64,000 bases of DNA from a virus, in IMG/VR virus record IMGVR_UViG_3300035661_000009, positions 32,001 to 96,000 of that record. One strand, given 5' to 3'. The position numbers were made by a program, and so were the translations under genes. Shown here piece after piece: positions 33,301 to 40,858 of this stretch. Below the pieces are notes generated by a model. It saw only the letters and a list, made by a program, of their open reading frames with translations, searched no databases and had not been told where the DNA came from. Every line of letters starts with the position of its first letter. The stretch's first letter is position 1.

Positions 33301-33523
33301 CCAATCTATCTAGCGCCTGTCCATTTGCCCTATCTATAGAAAGGCTATCTAAGAGGTTAAATATGTCTTGAGTAGATCTAGCGTCGCTTTGGGCCGCCGC
33401 TTCCAAAAATGAAAGAATTGGCGAACCGACTTTTAACTGACTTATGCCATATTTTGACAAAAACGCAGAAAGCATATCGTTAAAAATTTGATTGCGCGAT
33501 CTGGGTGTTGGGATATTAGCCAT
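27353..33523 (-). CDS. Giant baseplate J-like (wedge) protein
   Basis: N-terminal ANGQALDRLA, GNVAAGSI, GAETDDNFRERL; C-terminal INSYPVGQSIAISDIV..VGGV are baseplate-J motifs. Confidence 0.85.
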   Translation of the reverse strand: MANIPTPRSRNQIFNDMLSAFLSKYGISQLKVGSPILSFLEAAAQSDARSTQDIFNLLDSLSIDRANGQALDRLAADENLTRKTVSAATGLVNFTDGSFTKISTNLYIGGGALVAGSLTVNVTDASLFPVSGNIYIGRGTDNFEGPMAYTAKTALSGYWTLTLSVATSKFHDLGETIVLAQGGVRQIPLGTIVQTTQQALGDSIKFSTLYTAVIPDGEISVSNIEVIASTPGLTGNVAAGSIKQISSTPFPGVTVTNPLPFSNASGAETDDNFRERLRDARQSRTKGTGLSITSSILGATSVQDNKTLVSSSLVTLSDRAKLYIDDGTGYEETIGAVSTETLMDSATGGEQIFQLAGPRPIAKAFVKSGYSAPFVLSNLSSLSVLVGGVTSTHIFAASDFYSIGNASAFEVVSSINGNPNLLFNARTSDGGSKVSLFAKQDINEDIQVLSLTASDANTAFNFSTNPAYTLRLYKNDVLLYKDGKTALVPSNYQYAWNSGIADGDGLTIKVDGTSLQTIVVNNSDFTSLNTGYTTVGYQNSLASWATVLSSKIAGVTVYARNGRLEIVSNLTGNSRSKIEIVGGTLTSKTMFVAGAVSTGLNNDFTLNRNTGQIKLNNPLVQFDNLVVASPNTKAYLQTPAFASSIATGLVGTAKWWFTIDGSATLLSPNISTSTGVTVTNPAAGLARYTVASGLIGTKLQKGDWAIIWDPAFNAANTGVFRITEVVTGDYFTVENAAVVAEGPILPSSQGLGFVRSTTQPQVVTVVAGSAPSLTSLATSFNTQLVGGLAEVYRTKYFRVSSNSYLSGDITLVTANTVAQNLQLPISSDVFSPNHLAIIESGNSEAGTPRFLMTSVIAGSTSNTVNFSPKTASIVDFYANYFNTGNILQFQKTLNGANNKYGNASEDRRVLTDITSGVATTETNARTRTPEVGDLIQGLNTFVLGAEDGINVILDSDPLNKNYNIPLFRKITPLAGAAYGATAFEVRENGTGASLFTNWGTTSLFNDFALYMKARGKSHSLTTNQTLLWRFGRAGPEGEWAKVRYVNPTAPNQAISVTSGNPYAFTQNQISGTGTSSYAKASIDVTLPSGTERTGLGLDGSQYWLVTQIPTYSVIAGLVNSVGTTVTVSFVPSTLTYLHNLSIGDNITLLNNDTSGTTRFISGTYTITGTTSSSFTYTSTNTFTGSSNVTLNYALLYVDTGSSYTVTNIQVTSNVVTATIGSHPFSIGDIVYIPYFYTYNVGANSTGLGAVALTAVTGTTVSWAKTTPDLVSTAVSTLLKVSTGAAYKTTVQQYRTPVAIGSLSKTGTTVTATWAQTALINSCPYQVGDVVYCTPGETNFTAGAKIITSIGAGTFTYTEPAGGTVSTLVQYFQSTASSPALTGGATPVVSGDIVNFSTFVPTNLLGSVKLTSPTSTGFTFLAEISRNYAGSNIFKLGSITNMRFFPVTATAASTIASTVNALTDIVQATVVNGTGAATIGTATLDEWLYKTNNATLNGNIGTPACLPYFDLFDGINFVKNTVISNVASNISLKNAVSGELTANADFNNEVMNLIPKTATNFVSFLSNPASSGISANTSILPSTDGGKIEILSSTSGSSANIQVTGGNGNASSALVFGGATDLGFSLGQGFVFNALTSQLAGFAGRMPIKIVNQNRTTKTLGLTGATTVAVSAGSNANEWLITFSGNVITPRAESVDGLTSRSWEVIKQGNFCGYVETTGSKLDYSSARPGDLLIIENPSGVGFSQVNVGTFNVVGVDSANSTVWVYNPNGVQEQVSGTLAWFRVATYDSVDVGDTFTVGSNVLGTANNGTFTVSRRVKGNGIGYINTFYVTGSMSPIAATALGTNYIYTKVTEANPFFAYSIINSIIKDPVLTGYSRVYGASNMGLTGYISKINSSVNSTIYAVDKLAFPSSSKAGLDGYSYNNGLLGEVHKIVYGDENDPANYPGVACTPALIDISGPLIKRIQVSLELRLRTGVATDTVLSKVRSSIAGTINSYPVGQSIAISDIVNAASKVGGVMSVTITYPQYSSGNDLITIQANEKATILDLATDIAISILN

Positions 33524-33546
33524 TGCTTCCTCTAGATTTAACCTAA

Positions 33547-33981
33547 TTAACCTACTGAAATTATTTCTATATTTAAGTCTTTAGCGTAATGTGCGATTCT
33601 AGGGTTGGTTATGGGCCCATAATGACATATGCGTCTAAGACCTACAGTTACTAAGAATTTAAATGTATACCAATTTGGACAATCGGTTATGTAAATAGTT
33701 GCGTTTTCAAACTTAGCATTACCGGTTCGGATAGCTTTGCCAATGGCTACGTTTTCGGCGTTAATAGTCGCTACATATCGCTCATCGGTTTGGGGCTTAT
33801 ATTGTTCCCCACCTAAGTGAGTAGAAGTACCCGTAGACATTATCTTATTCCCTTCCGCTATAACGGCACCGCGCACCTTTCTTTTGCCTGGATTTTTTAG
33901 ATTAGTTACTGCTCCGGGATCTTGCTGACCTTGCATGGTAGCTAGCTTAAGAAAATGTAGGTCTAGTCGGGTTAAGGGCAT
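33547..33981 (-). CDS. dCMP/cytidine deaminase-fold protein with degenerate zinc site
   Basis: RKVRGAVI..IMSTG, NAENVAI (canonical HAE), ATIYITDCPNWYT (canonical PCxxC), GLRRICY. Confidence 0.75.
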   Translation of the reverse strand: MPLTRLDLHFLKLATMQGQQDPGAVTNLKNPGKRKVRGAVIAEGNKIMSTGTSTHLGGEQYKPQTDERYVATINAENVAIGKAIRTGNAKFENATIYITDCPNWYTFKFLVTVGLRRICHYGPITNPRIAHYAKDLNIEIISVG

Positions 33982-34013
33982 TTTGAGACTCTAAGCAAAG
34001 ATTGCTTTCCTCG

Positions 34014-34042
34014 TTGCTTTCCATGACTGGTGGTGGTATGGT
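34014..34042 (+). promoter_or_regulatory. Sigma70-type promoter TTGCTT-N17-TATGGT
   Basis: 17-nt spacer, TG extension, 6 nt before ATG 34049. Confidence 0.6.
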
Positions 34043-34048
34043 AGGTGT

Positions 34049-34279
34049 ATGGATAACAAGGATGCTAAACGTAGTGGGAAGCCGATTACGGAACTATGGA
34101 ATATGCTTATGCATAAACCTTGGTTTCAAGCCATGAGTTCTGGTCTTGATAAAGACGGCAATGCTGCAATAATTATTCGCGTTAATAAGATTGCTACTGC
34201 TGAAGAGTTAAAAGCTGTTCCAGATAGCATGTGGGGAATGAAAATAAGAATTATTTACCAAAAGAAAAAGGGGCTATAA
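34049..34279 (+). CDS. Hypothetical protein
   Basis: ORF directly after promoter. Confidence 0.65.
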   Translation: MDNKDAKRSGKPITELWNMLMHKPWFQAMSSGLDKDGNAAIIIRVNKIATAEELKAVPDSMWGMKIRIIYQKKKGL

Positions 34280-34280
34280 G

Positions 34281-34541
34281 ATGTTATCGACAGTAGAGAC
34301 GGTAGTTGGCATAGCAGTCACGTTGGTTTTAGGAGGAGCATTCCCGTTTGTTTTGCAATTTGCATTAAATAAGTTTAAATCAAAAGGGCAAAGTATTGTA
34401 GTAGAAGATGAAGACTTCAGCCCAAAGAAGGCAGATTTGCATTCAATCCGATCAGTAAACGATGAAAACAAAGAAATACCCATAGAAGTAAAAGAATATT
34501 ATTTAAAGGTTGTTAAAAATGAGTCGAAAACCAACAAGTGA
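34281..34541 (+). CDS. Hypothetical membrane protein
   Basis: N-terminal TM segment; operonic. Confidence 0.65.
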   Translation: MLSTVETVVGIAVTLVLGGAFPFVLQFALNKFKSKGQSIVVEDEDFSPKKADLHSIRSVNDENKEIPIEVKEYYLKVVKNESKTNK

Positions 34542-34797
34542 AGAAATGAGAGCAAATATCGACAGTCTTTATGAAAAAGTCGATGATTTGTGTTGGAAAA
34601 GCGAATGGACAACCATAGATCTAATGGTACGCGCATTAAATTCCGAGGTTTCATTAGAAATGAGGGTCGCGATATTGGTAATCACCCTCGCATGTAAGCA
34701 ACATCTGACAAATAGAGTAGAATTTTACGATAAAACATGGAATTTAGCAAAAGAAGCTGGCAAAAATCCGGGTAATTTGCTTTCTGGATTACTATAA
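34519..34797 (+). CDS. Hypothetical protein
   Basis: ATG 34519 with AAGG upstream. Confidence 0.6.
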   Translation: MSRKPTSEEMRANIDSLYEKVDDLCWKSEWTTIDLMVRALNSEVSLEMRVAILVITLACKQHLTNRVEFYDKTWNLAKEAGKNPGNLLSGLL

Positions 34798-34834
34798 GTT
34801 ATTATAAACCATCATAAAGGAGATTTTTAAACAA

Positions 34835-35083
34835 ATGGCCCCCGGAATTAAATACTTTTTATTCTTTTTACTTACTTTAGCTCTAGATTGGAGCTGGGCA
34901 GCCTATATCTCAGCAGTTTCAGACAAAAAAGTAGTAAAAGCGGTCATTTTTTCAGCATTTATCTACTTAACCGGCGTCATTACGACACTCTTTACAATCG
35001 AAGACCACTGGATTATACTGCCAGCACTACTTGGAACCATCATTGGGACGTATGTTTCGGTAGAATTTTCAAAGAAAACTTAA
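34835..35083 (+). CDS. Small multi-pass membrane protein
   Basis: Three hydrophobic segments; AAGGAG upstream. Confidence 0.7.
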   Translation: MAPGIKYFLFFLLTLALDWSWAAYISAVSDKKVVKAVIFSAFIYLTGVITTLFTIEDHWIILPALLGTIIGTYVSVEFSKKT

Positions 35084-35100
35084 GAAAGTTTAAATAAACT

Positions 35101-35979
35101 ATGCCTAGATATAAAAATATAAGAAAACCGAAGATTGAAACAAAGCAAGAAGCAAGCTCTAAGCCTAAGACCCTAGAAGAGACATCAAAACTAAGAAAGC
35201 AAATTGAACACGCACAAATTGAACACGCGAAGCAACAACTAGGTTCTAGATTAGATATGACCGCAGAAGAAGCTATTGAAAGCATTGTAAAAAATGAAGA
35301 ATCGCTTACTTGGGAAGATTGTGCAGACTTAGATTCGCCGGTTACTATAAGTAACCTCAAGGCCAGAAATACCTTAGGTAGAATAGACTTATTGACAGGC
35401 ATGGCAAAATCCGAAGAGTTAAGTGTAGTGCTTTCTAAACAATTTAAAGAACAAAAAGATATTAACGCCGCCTTAACGCTTCAACTAGAAGATGCTAGAG
35501 AAAACTTACGAGTTGAAGATCTAACTGTGGAAAGCTTAGAGACGGCTTTAATCGAATTTTCTGACGAAAATGTAAGATTAGAAAACATACTTCAATCAAT
35601 CGACTCCTGGCTAGATGAGCGCTCAACAGGCCTAGCTAGAATAGACGAAAATAGAACCGAAGAGCAAAAAGCAAAGCAACAGCACGATTTAATCAATACA
35701 GTTAAAGATGTGTTTAGCGAGTTAATACTGGCCCATGCCGATATTACATTATTAAAAGATCAATTAAAAACTCATCAAACTATTTGCGAAGGCGGCGATT
35801 TAATAAATGAAATGTTAAATAAAAGGATTAAAAATCTTGAAAATGATAATGAATTAATAGATGCGCAAAAACAAGCAAGAACTCTAAAAAAGGCTTTAAA
35901 AACTATTATAAAAAATAAAGGCGTTTGGCGAGTTGGCGACCTTATGGATTTAAACGATTTACTAAAAGGATTAGAATAA
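35101..35979 (+). CDS. Coiled-coil hypothetical protein
   Basis: 292 aa, heptad-rich. Confidence 0.75.
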   Translation: MPRYKNIRKPKIETKQEASSKPKTLEETSKLRKQIEHAQIEHAKQQLGSRLDMTAEEAIESIVKNEESLTWEDCADLDSPVTISNLKARNTLGRIDLLTGMAKSEELSVVLSKQFKEQKDINAALTLQLEDARENLRVEDLTVESLETALIEFSDENVRLENILQSIDSWLDERSTGLARIDENRTEEQKAKQQHDLINTVKDVFSELILAHADITLLKDQLKTHQTICEGGDLINEMLNKRIKNLENDNELIDAQKQARTLKKALKTIIKNKGVWRVGDLMDLNDLLKGLE

Positions 35980-36539
35980 TGACCAGTTTGAAGCTACCGA
36001 AAGATAGAAACCTATTTTTTACGAGACAAGTAACCCAAGATAGCATTGCAACTTTAACTAAAGAGCTTTTAGATATAGAAACAAACGATATTGAACTAAA
36101 GAAGCAATATGCTTATCATGAACTCACCTACACACCAAAACCGATTAATTTGTTTATAGATAGTTTTGGAGGAAGTGTATACCAAGGATTTGGAGTTATT
36201 GGCGTAATGGAGAAGCTAACTACACCCATTACTACGATAGTTACGGGGTGCGCAATGTCTTGCGGCTTTCTTATGGCAATGCATGGAAACCACAGGTTAG
36301 CATACAAACACTCGACGTTAATGTTTCATCAAATCTCTTCTGGGGTTTGGGGGAAGCTAAATGATATGGAGGCCGACGTAGAAGAAGCCAAGAGACTACA
36401 AAAGATTATCTTCAAAATGACCCTTAAGAAGACTAAGATAAGCAAAGAAACTCTTGAAAAGAACTATAAACGTAAAATTGACTGGTTTATGCCAGCAGAA
36501 GAAGCGTTGAAAAATGGCGTAATAGATGGAATAATATGA
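35979..36539 (+). CDS. clpP: Second ClpP-like protease
   Basis: PINLFIDSFGGSV, GCAMSCG (Ser), LMFHQ (His), DWFMPAEEALKNGVID. Confidence 0.88.
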   Translation: MTSLKLPKDRNLFFTRQVTQDSIATLTKELLDIETNDIELKKQYAYHELTYTPKPINLFIDSFGGSVYQGFGVIGVMEKLTTPITTIVTGCAMSCGFLMAMHGNHRLAYKHSTLMFHQISSGVWGKLNDMEADVEEAKRLQKIIFKMTLKKTKISKETLEKNYKRKIDWFMPAEEALKNGVIDGII

Positions 36540-36778
36540 ATAATATGAATAAAATTAATGAAATTAATGACTTACAAGAAAATTACGATGAAATTCGTAA
36601 AGAATGCTATGATTTAAACCAAAAATACAGCTTGGCTCTTCGTAGCATTAAAGACCTCATCCGCACTGGACAGGGGTTCATGGATGCTGTAAGGTCAGAC
36701 ACCAAGACAGCCTATCCGTGGGCTGGCTGGGAAATAGAAGTTGATAAGGCTATGAAGCTAATTGAGGATAATAAATGA
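36536..36778 (+). CDS. Hypothetical protein
   Basis: ATGA-coupled ORF. Confidence 0.65.
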   Translation: MNNMNKINEINDLQENYDEIRKECYDLNQKYSLALRSIKDLIRTGQGFMDAVRSDTKTAYPWAGWEIEVDKAMKLIEDNK

Positions 36779-36839
36779 TAAATGATAACGAGCTTTGGCG
36801 CGACTATGAAGAATCGGTGAACGCGAAGGAAGTAGACCA

Positions 36840-37268
36840 TTGATTCCCGACATAAGCGACAGCATGATTAAAGAATGCAGTCTTGGGCACAAAAGCTTTG
36901 AGCCGAAGTGCCGTTTTTGTGAAAACGAAATAAAAATAGAAGACTTTCGTGCTGAACTCGCCCGACTCAATTCCCAAAATGCCTATCTCCGGGGGTATAT
37001 ACATACCTTGGAATGCTCGTTTGGTGAAAGTCCCGATACGGTTCACTGTCCAATAGATAGTCCATGCCTAACCTGTAAAGTTTCTAAAGAAAAAGATTCT
37101 TGGCACGCTCCTAACTTTGCTTATTGGTGCTGTTCTAATGGTAAAGGCAAGAATGGGTCAGATATCTGCACTAACGACTGCCCATATGGACATTTAAGCG
37201 GCTGCGAAGCAGTCAGCGCTTTTGTCGATGATTGCAAATCCGATCCCGACCTTATTCAGCACGACTAG
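36840..37268 (+). CDS. Cys-rich hypothetical protein
   Basis: 142-aa ORF with many Cys/His; start uncertain. Confidence 0.55.
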   Translation: MIPDISDSMIKECSLGHKSFEPKCRFCENEIKIEDFRAELARLNSQNAYLRGYIHTLECSFGESPDTVHCPIDSPCLTCKVSKEKDSWHAPNFAYWCCSNGKGKNGSDICTNDCPYGHLSGCEAVSAFVDDCKSDPDLIQHD

Positions 37269-37322
37269 CACGACTAGCCAGCCTATGAAGCCTATGAAGC
37301 CTATGAAGATTATGATAAGCCT

Positions 37323-37601
37323 ATGATGATTTTCCTTAAAATGCGCATCGGTACAGAAATGCCCGGCCCATTGTTTAATGGGTTTATAAACAATTACCCT
37401 TCTAGTAATGTCAATGGCCATTACTTAAATGAAATTGCAGAGATTAAGCACTCATTTATACATTACCAATATTTATGGTATACGCTCGTCGGGAATTGGC
37501 CCACACCCGACGACTTAGACGACTTAGACGACTTAGACGACTTAGACCCTCTTACCGATTTTTCATGGCATCTTACCGACGAGCAGCTTACCAAACCCTA
37601 G
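37323..37601 (+). CDS. Hypothetical protein with DDL tandem repeat
   Basis: ORF containing an in-frame 9-bp repeat. Confidence 0.5.
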   Translation: MMIFLKMRIGTEMPGPLFNGFINNYPSSNVNGHYLNEIAEIKHSFIHYQYLWYTLVGNWPTPDDLDDLDDLDDLDPLTDFSWHLTDEQLTKP

Positions 37602-37612
37602 ACAGCCAACCC

Positions 37613-37641
37613 TAGACAGCCAACCCTTCCCGTGGTACAAT
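37613..37641 (+). promoter_or_regulatory. Sigma70-type promoter TAGACA-N17-TACAAT
   Basis: 17-nt spacer, TG extension, 5 nt before ATG 37647. Confidence 0.6.
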
Positions 37642-37646
37642 ATACT

Positions 37647-37805
37647 ATGCGCATTTACATAGTCACCTACAAACCCCATGCCGACCGTTTTGGTCCCGAA
37701 GACTCTGAGATTATTGGGGTCTTTACTGACCAAACGGCCATGAACACGTTTATGGCCCTAAACCATCCGACTTACGGCGACTTACAGCGACTTATCGATA
37801 ATTGA
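37647..37805 (+). CDS. Small hypothetical protein (MRIYIVTY...IIGVF), not in ORF track
   Basis: 52-aa ORF directly after promoter. Confidence 0.5.
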   Translation: MRIYIVTYKPHADRFGPEDSEIIGVFTDQTAMNTFMALNHPTYGDLQRLIDN

Positions 37806-37886
37806 ATGGGAAACTGAAGGGAATCGTCCAGCATAACCGACATAACCGACATAACCCATGATAACCGACATAACCCGACATAACCC

Positions 37887-38123
37887 ATGACATTTATGCT
37901 TAGACAGACATCCTTATTAGGCGATCTTAGGCTTAAGATCAGGCTCTCGCCCGGCACAAAGATCTCACGTAGTTTTAGTAGGATAATTAATGTGCGTAAA
38001 CATTACTTAATAAATTCAGCAATTAAAGGAATGACGACTAATACGGTTAAATTCATGAATGGATTTCTAATAAAGGGGAATCGATGGCATTATTTCGAGA
38101 GAAGTTATATAAGTGTTATATAA
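37887..38123 (+). CDS. Basic hypothetical protein
   Basis: ORF only. Confidence 0.45.
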   Translation: MTFMLRQTSLLGDLRLKIRLSPGTKISRSFSRIINVRKHYLINSAIKGMTTNTVKFMNGFLIKGNRWHYFERSYISVI

Positions 38124-38159
38124 GTGTTATATAAGTGTTATATAAATATTAAAGAGTAG

Positions 38160-38399
38160 ATGATAACTATTTTTATTAGACGAACAAGCCACACCTTTGT
38201 AAATGCCTATGTTAAGACAAAAATTCAGCGTTTTCAACCACTTCAAGCTTCAAGCATAAGATATTCATATTTTGTATTTATTAATAGTAATTCAGAAATC
38301 AGAATCCGTCACCGTCAAATGAGTTTTAATACTTTAGAATTGAAAGTAAACCCAACAATGAAGGTAGTTACGTTTAATGACGCCGAGATAAGCCTATGA
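38160..38399 (+). CDS. Basic hypothetical protein
   Basis: ORF only. Confidence 0.45.
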   Translation: MITIFIRRTSHTFVNAYVKTKIQRFQPLQASSIRYSYFVFINSNSEIRIRHRQMSFNTLELKVNPTMKVVTFNDAEISL

Positions 38400-38607
38400 A
38401 GCCAAGATTTATGTTTACGACGAACAATAAAGGGCAGGGAAGAAAGTACGATAAGTGGAACCGGCTACGTAAGGCGACGTAGCATGATAAAGTGCTCGCC
38501 ATCATATTTCCGAAGTTATTTCTATTGTTCTTATATTGGGGCCAAAAATATCGATGGAACCCCCAGCACAGATAGATACCCGAATAACTACTAAATAACC
38601 ATTATTT

Positions 38608-39003
38608 ATGATAATATTTACATCAAAACCTCATTATGCCAGGAATAAAACCCAAATTCAATACATCGGGAGCGGCAATAGTTTTGTAGAAACCGCCATG
38701 GCCCGGTCCTTTCCAAGCACCTATATTCAAGGAACCCGGCCTCTCGACATATTATGTGCGACGTGTAACCAAAAGACCGAAAAGGCGCCATATTGCTCAA
38801 ACCCATTCCATTTAACCCATAATTTATTTATCAATAACGGTTCAGGCTTCGACGCACCGAATGTACCGAATGTACCGAATGTACCGAACGCACCGAATGT
38901 ATGGACGATGAGTGTATTGAAATATGCCCCCGATTTCTTCTATACGGCCATTATAGCGACGATCGACGACTGGACCGGTAGTAGCACCGTAAGTGGGTAT
39001 TAA
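38608..39003 (+). CDS. Hypothetical protein with NVP repeat
   Basis: ORF; last gene of the + arm. Confidence 0.5.
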   Translation: MIIFTSKPHYARNKTQIQYIGSGNSFVETAMARSFPSTYIQGTRPLDILCATCNQKTEKAPYCSNPFHLTHNLFINNGSGFDAPNVPNVPNVPNAPNVWTMSVLKYAPDFFYTAIIATIDDWTGSSTVSGY

Positions 39004-39436
39004 GGGGTATTAAGGGGTATTAAGGGGTATTAAGGGGTACGCGGTTTATCAAATTTTATCAAATTTTTGGGAATTTTGGGATTTTTTATTAAAATTTTTT
39101 ATTTTTAGGTACCATACCGACCATACCGACCATACCGACGCCCTATATTCCCGGTTATACTTATTATAATGTGTGGGTGTGGGTGTGGGTGTGGGTGTGG
39201 GTGTAGGTGTGGGAGTAAGTGGTGATATAAAGGCTTAATTTTTGGGAAATTTTTTTGGGTTGGTGTATCTCTGGGATAAATAGACCCTTCAGTTAGATTG
39301 TATACATAGTTTACATGGTTCGCATATTGTAAGGGGTGGGTCAATATACCCCACCCCTATTGACAATTCGATCAATCGTCAGAATTGAAAAGAGCAGGAA
39401 TGACGATTGAGGCAATACAGGCGATCACGAGGTAGA

Positions 39437-39643
39437 TCACTCGTCCTCTGACGTATCGATTTCCAGAGCGCCGTCACCTGCGATCGAAATGATGCGGGTA
39501 GGCGGAATGCCCATGGCCGCACCGATCTCCGTCTTCCGCCGATCATCGCCATCCTTCAGCCACGCCGAGATCTTCCGACGCTGATCAGGGGTGAGATCCT
39601 TCATTCCTGCCTTGCCGTTGAAGTCGCCAGAGAAATCAGCCAT
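39437..39643 (-). CDS. Hypothetical protein (GC-rich island)
   Basis: AAGGA SD, upstream promoter, GC3-rich codons. Confidence 0.75.
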   Translation of the reverse strand: MADFSGDFNGKAGMKDLTPDQRRKISAWLKDGDDRRKTEIGAAMGIPPTRIISIAGDGALEIDTSEDE

Positions 39644-39702
39644 TGGGTTCGTCCTTTAGTTGAGGGTTGGTTGAGGGTTGGTTGAGGGTTGGGTCTTTCA
39701 GT

Positions 39703-39742
39703 GCTGCCTCTCATTTATACAGGAATGAGAGGCAGCTTTCAA
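39703..39742 (-). promoter_or_regulatory. Promoter TTGAAA-N17-TATAAA overlapped by a 13-bp inverted repeat
   Basis: GCTGCCTCTCATT (39703-39715) / AATGAGAGGCAGC (39724-39736). Confidence 0.6.
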
Positions 39743-39771
39743 GCGCCAAATCCGATTATTCGATTATTCGA

Positions 39772-40104
39772 TTATTCGACGGAAGACGGCATGAAGAGAG
39801 CCACGGCCGTTTCCAGATCCTTGACCCGTTGCGTCAGCGCTTCGACTGCAGCCATGACTGCCATGGCCTTTGCCAGCGCGTTGGAGTCGACCGGGGGCGT
39901 GGGCGCGACCCCCGTCACCGAGTGGGCGTCCTTGCCGTCGCTCGACTGTCTTGATACCCATGGTGATGGGCGCGGGTGCGCTTCACCTTCGCTGAAATGC
40001 CACGCCCCGGTTCCCCGAGCGTAGAAGATCGGATCGCCGACCTTGATTGGGGCACCAGTCTTTGCGGAAGTCGAATTCAGCTTGGAAATCATGAGCTTTG
40101 CCAT
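39772..40104 (-). CDS. Hypothetical protein (GC-rich island)
   Basis: AAGGA SD, upstream promoter, GC3-rich codons. Confidence 0.7.
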   Translation of the reverse strand: MAKLMISKLNSTSAKTGAPIKVGDPIFYARGTGAWHFSEGEAHPRPSPWVSRQSSDGKDAHSVTGVAPTPPVDSNALAKAMAVMAAVEALTQRVKDLETAVALFMPSSVE

Positions 40105-40158
40105 GGCGTCTATTCCTTTGCGGGTGAACTACAACTACCACTACCACTGCAACTAGAC

Positions 40159-40187
40159 ATCCTACAGAATCAGGGAGCGAATTGCAA
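40159..40187 (-). promoter_or_regulatory. Promoter TTGCAA-N17-TAGGAT
   Basis: Matches the promoter family; -35 overlaps a 12-bp inverted repeat. Confidence 0.6.
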
Positions 40188-40266
40188 CCCCTAGACGTTT
40201 ATTTCTAGGGGTTGCTTTCAACCCTTGACCCTTGCCCTTGATTGTCGTCGATTAGGCCAGCGTCGA

Positions 40267-40497
40267 TTAGGCCAGCGCATTCAGCAGAGCGGCCGTGTCG
40301 ACCGGCGCCGAACCGTCGAGGCTCGCCCGGAACTTGTCCGCTTCGGCGCCGGTCAGCAGCACGGTCACCGAGTGGGCGTCCTTGCCGTCGCTCGACTGGC
40401 CGGTGGGGGTGACCTTCAGCAGATACGACCCGCCCGCGTTCACCAGCGAAACCGAAACCTCAGCGCGGCGGTTGCCCTTCATGATCTTGATACCCAT
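40267..40497 (-). CDS. Hypothetical protein (GC-rich island)
   Basis: AGGAG SD, GC3-rich codons. Confidence 0.75.
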   Translation of the reverse strand: MGIKIMKGNRRAEVSVSLVNAGGSYLLKVTPTGQSSDGKDAHSVTVLLTGAEADKFRASLDGSAPVDTAALLNALA

Positions 40498-40541
40498 GGT
40501 GATTCTCCTGTACTTCGTTGACTGCGTTTGACTGCGTTTGA

Positions 40542-40737
40542 CTGCGTGCTGCCTGCTCAGTATCTCATGCCTTGATGCTGCCGTCTACACCCCTTCGATT
40601 CTTTTTTTGGGGTCTGCGCACCGTAGGGAAACCTTCTCCCTCTCTCCCTGCCCGCCCACCTCGCCCCGGTGTTTGCTGCGTGCTGCGCGCTGCGTGCTGC
40701 GTGCTGCCTGCTCAGTATCTCATGCCTTGATGCTGCC
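40542..40737. repeat. 41-bp direct repeat (40542-40582, 40697-40737), probably tandem promoters on the - strand
   Basis: CTGCGTGCTGCCTGCTCAGTATCTCATGCCTTGATGCTGCC occurs twice; reads TAGACG/TTGCAG-N17-GATACT on -. Confidence 0.75.
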
Positions 40738-40804
40738 TGCAAGCGCCGATCGTCGTTTTCGTCGTTTTCTTTCGACGCTTAATCGCCATGACCTAGGGTT
40801 GCGT

Positions 40805-40858
40805 GGCAGTATTTGGCAGTATTTGGCAGTATTTGGCAGTATTTGGCAGTATTTGGCA
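40805..40858. repeat. 10-bp tandem repeat GGCAGTATTT x5
   Basis: Direct reading. Confidence 0.9.

Noticed and set aside
3298-33371. Short antisense or nested ORFs within the large replication and structural genes
   Set aside because: They overlap well-supported long CDSs and show no motifs or SD sites.
3880-34005. AATCTT motif upstream of dnaE, 16947 and 33981 as a phage-specific promoter
   Set aside because: Too short and too frequent in AT-rich DNA to support without statistics.
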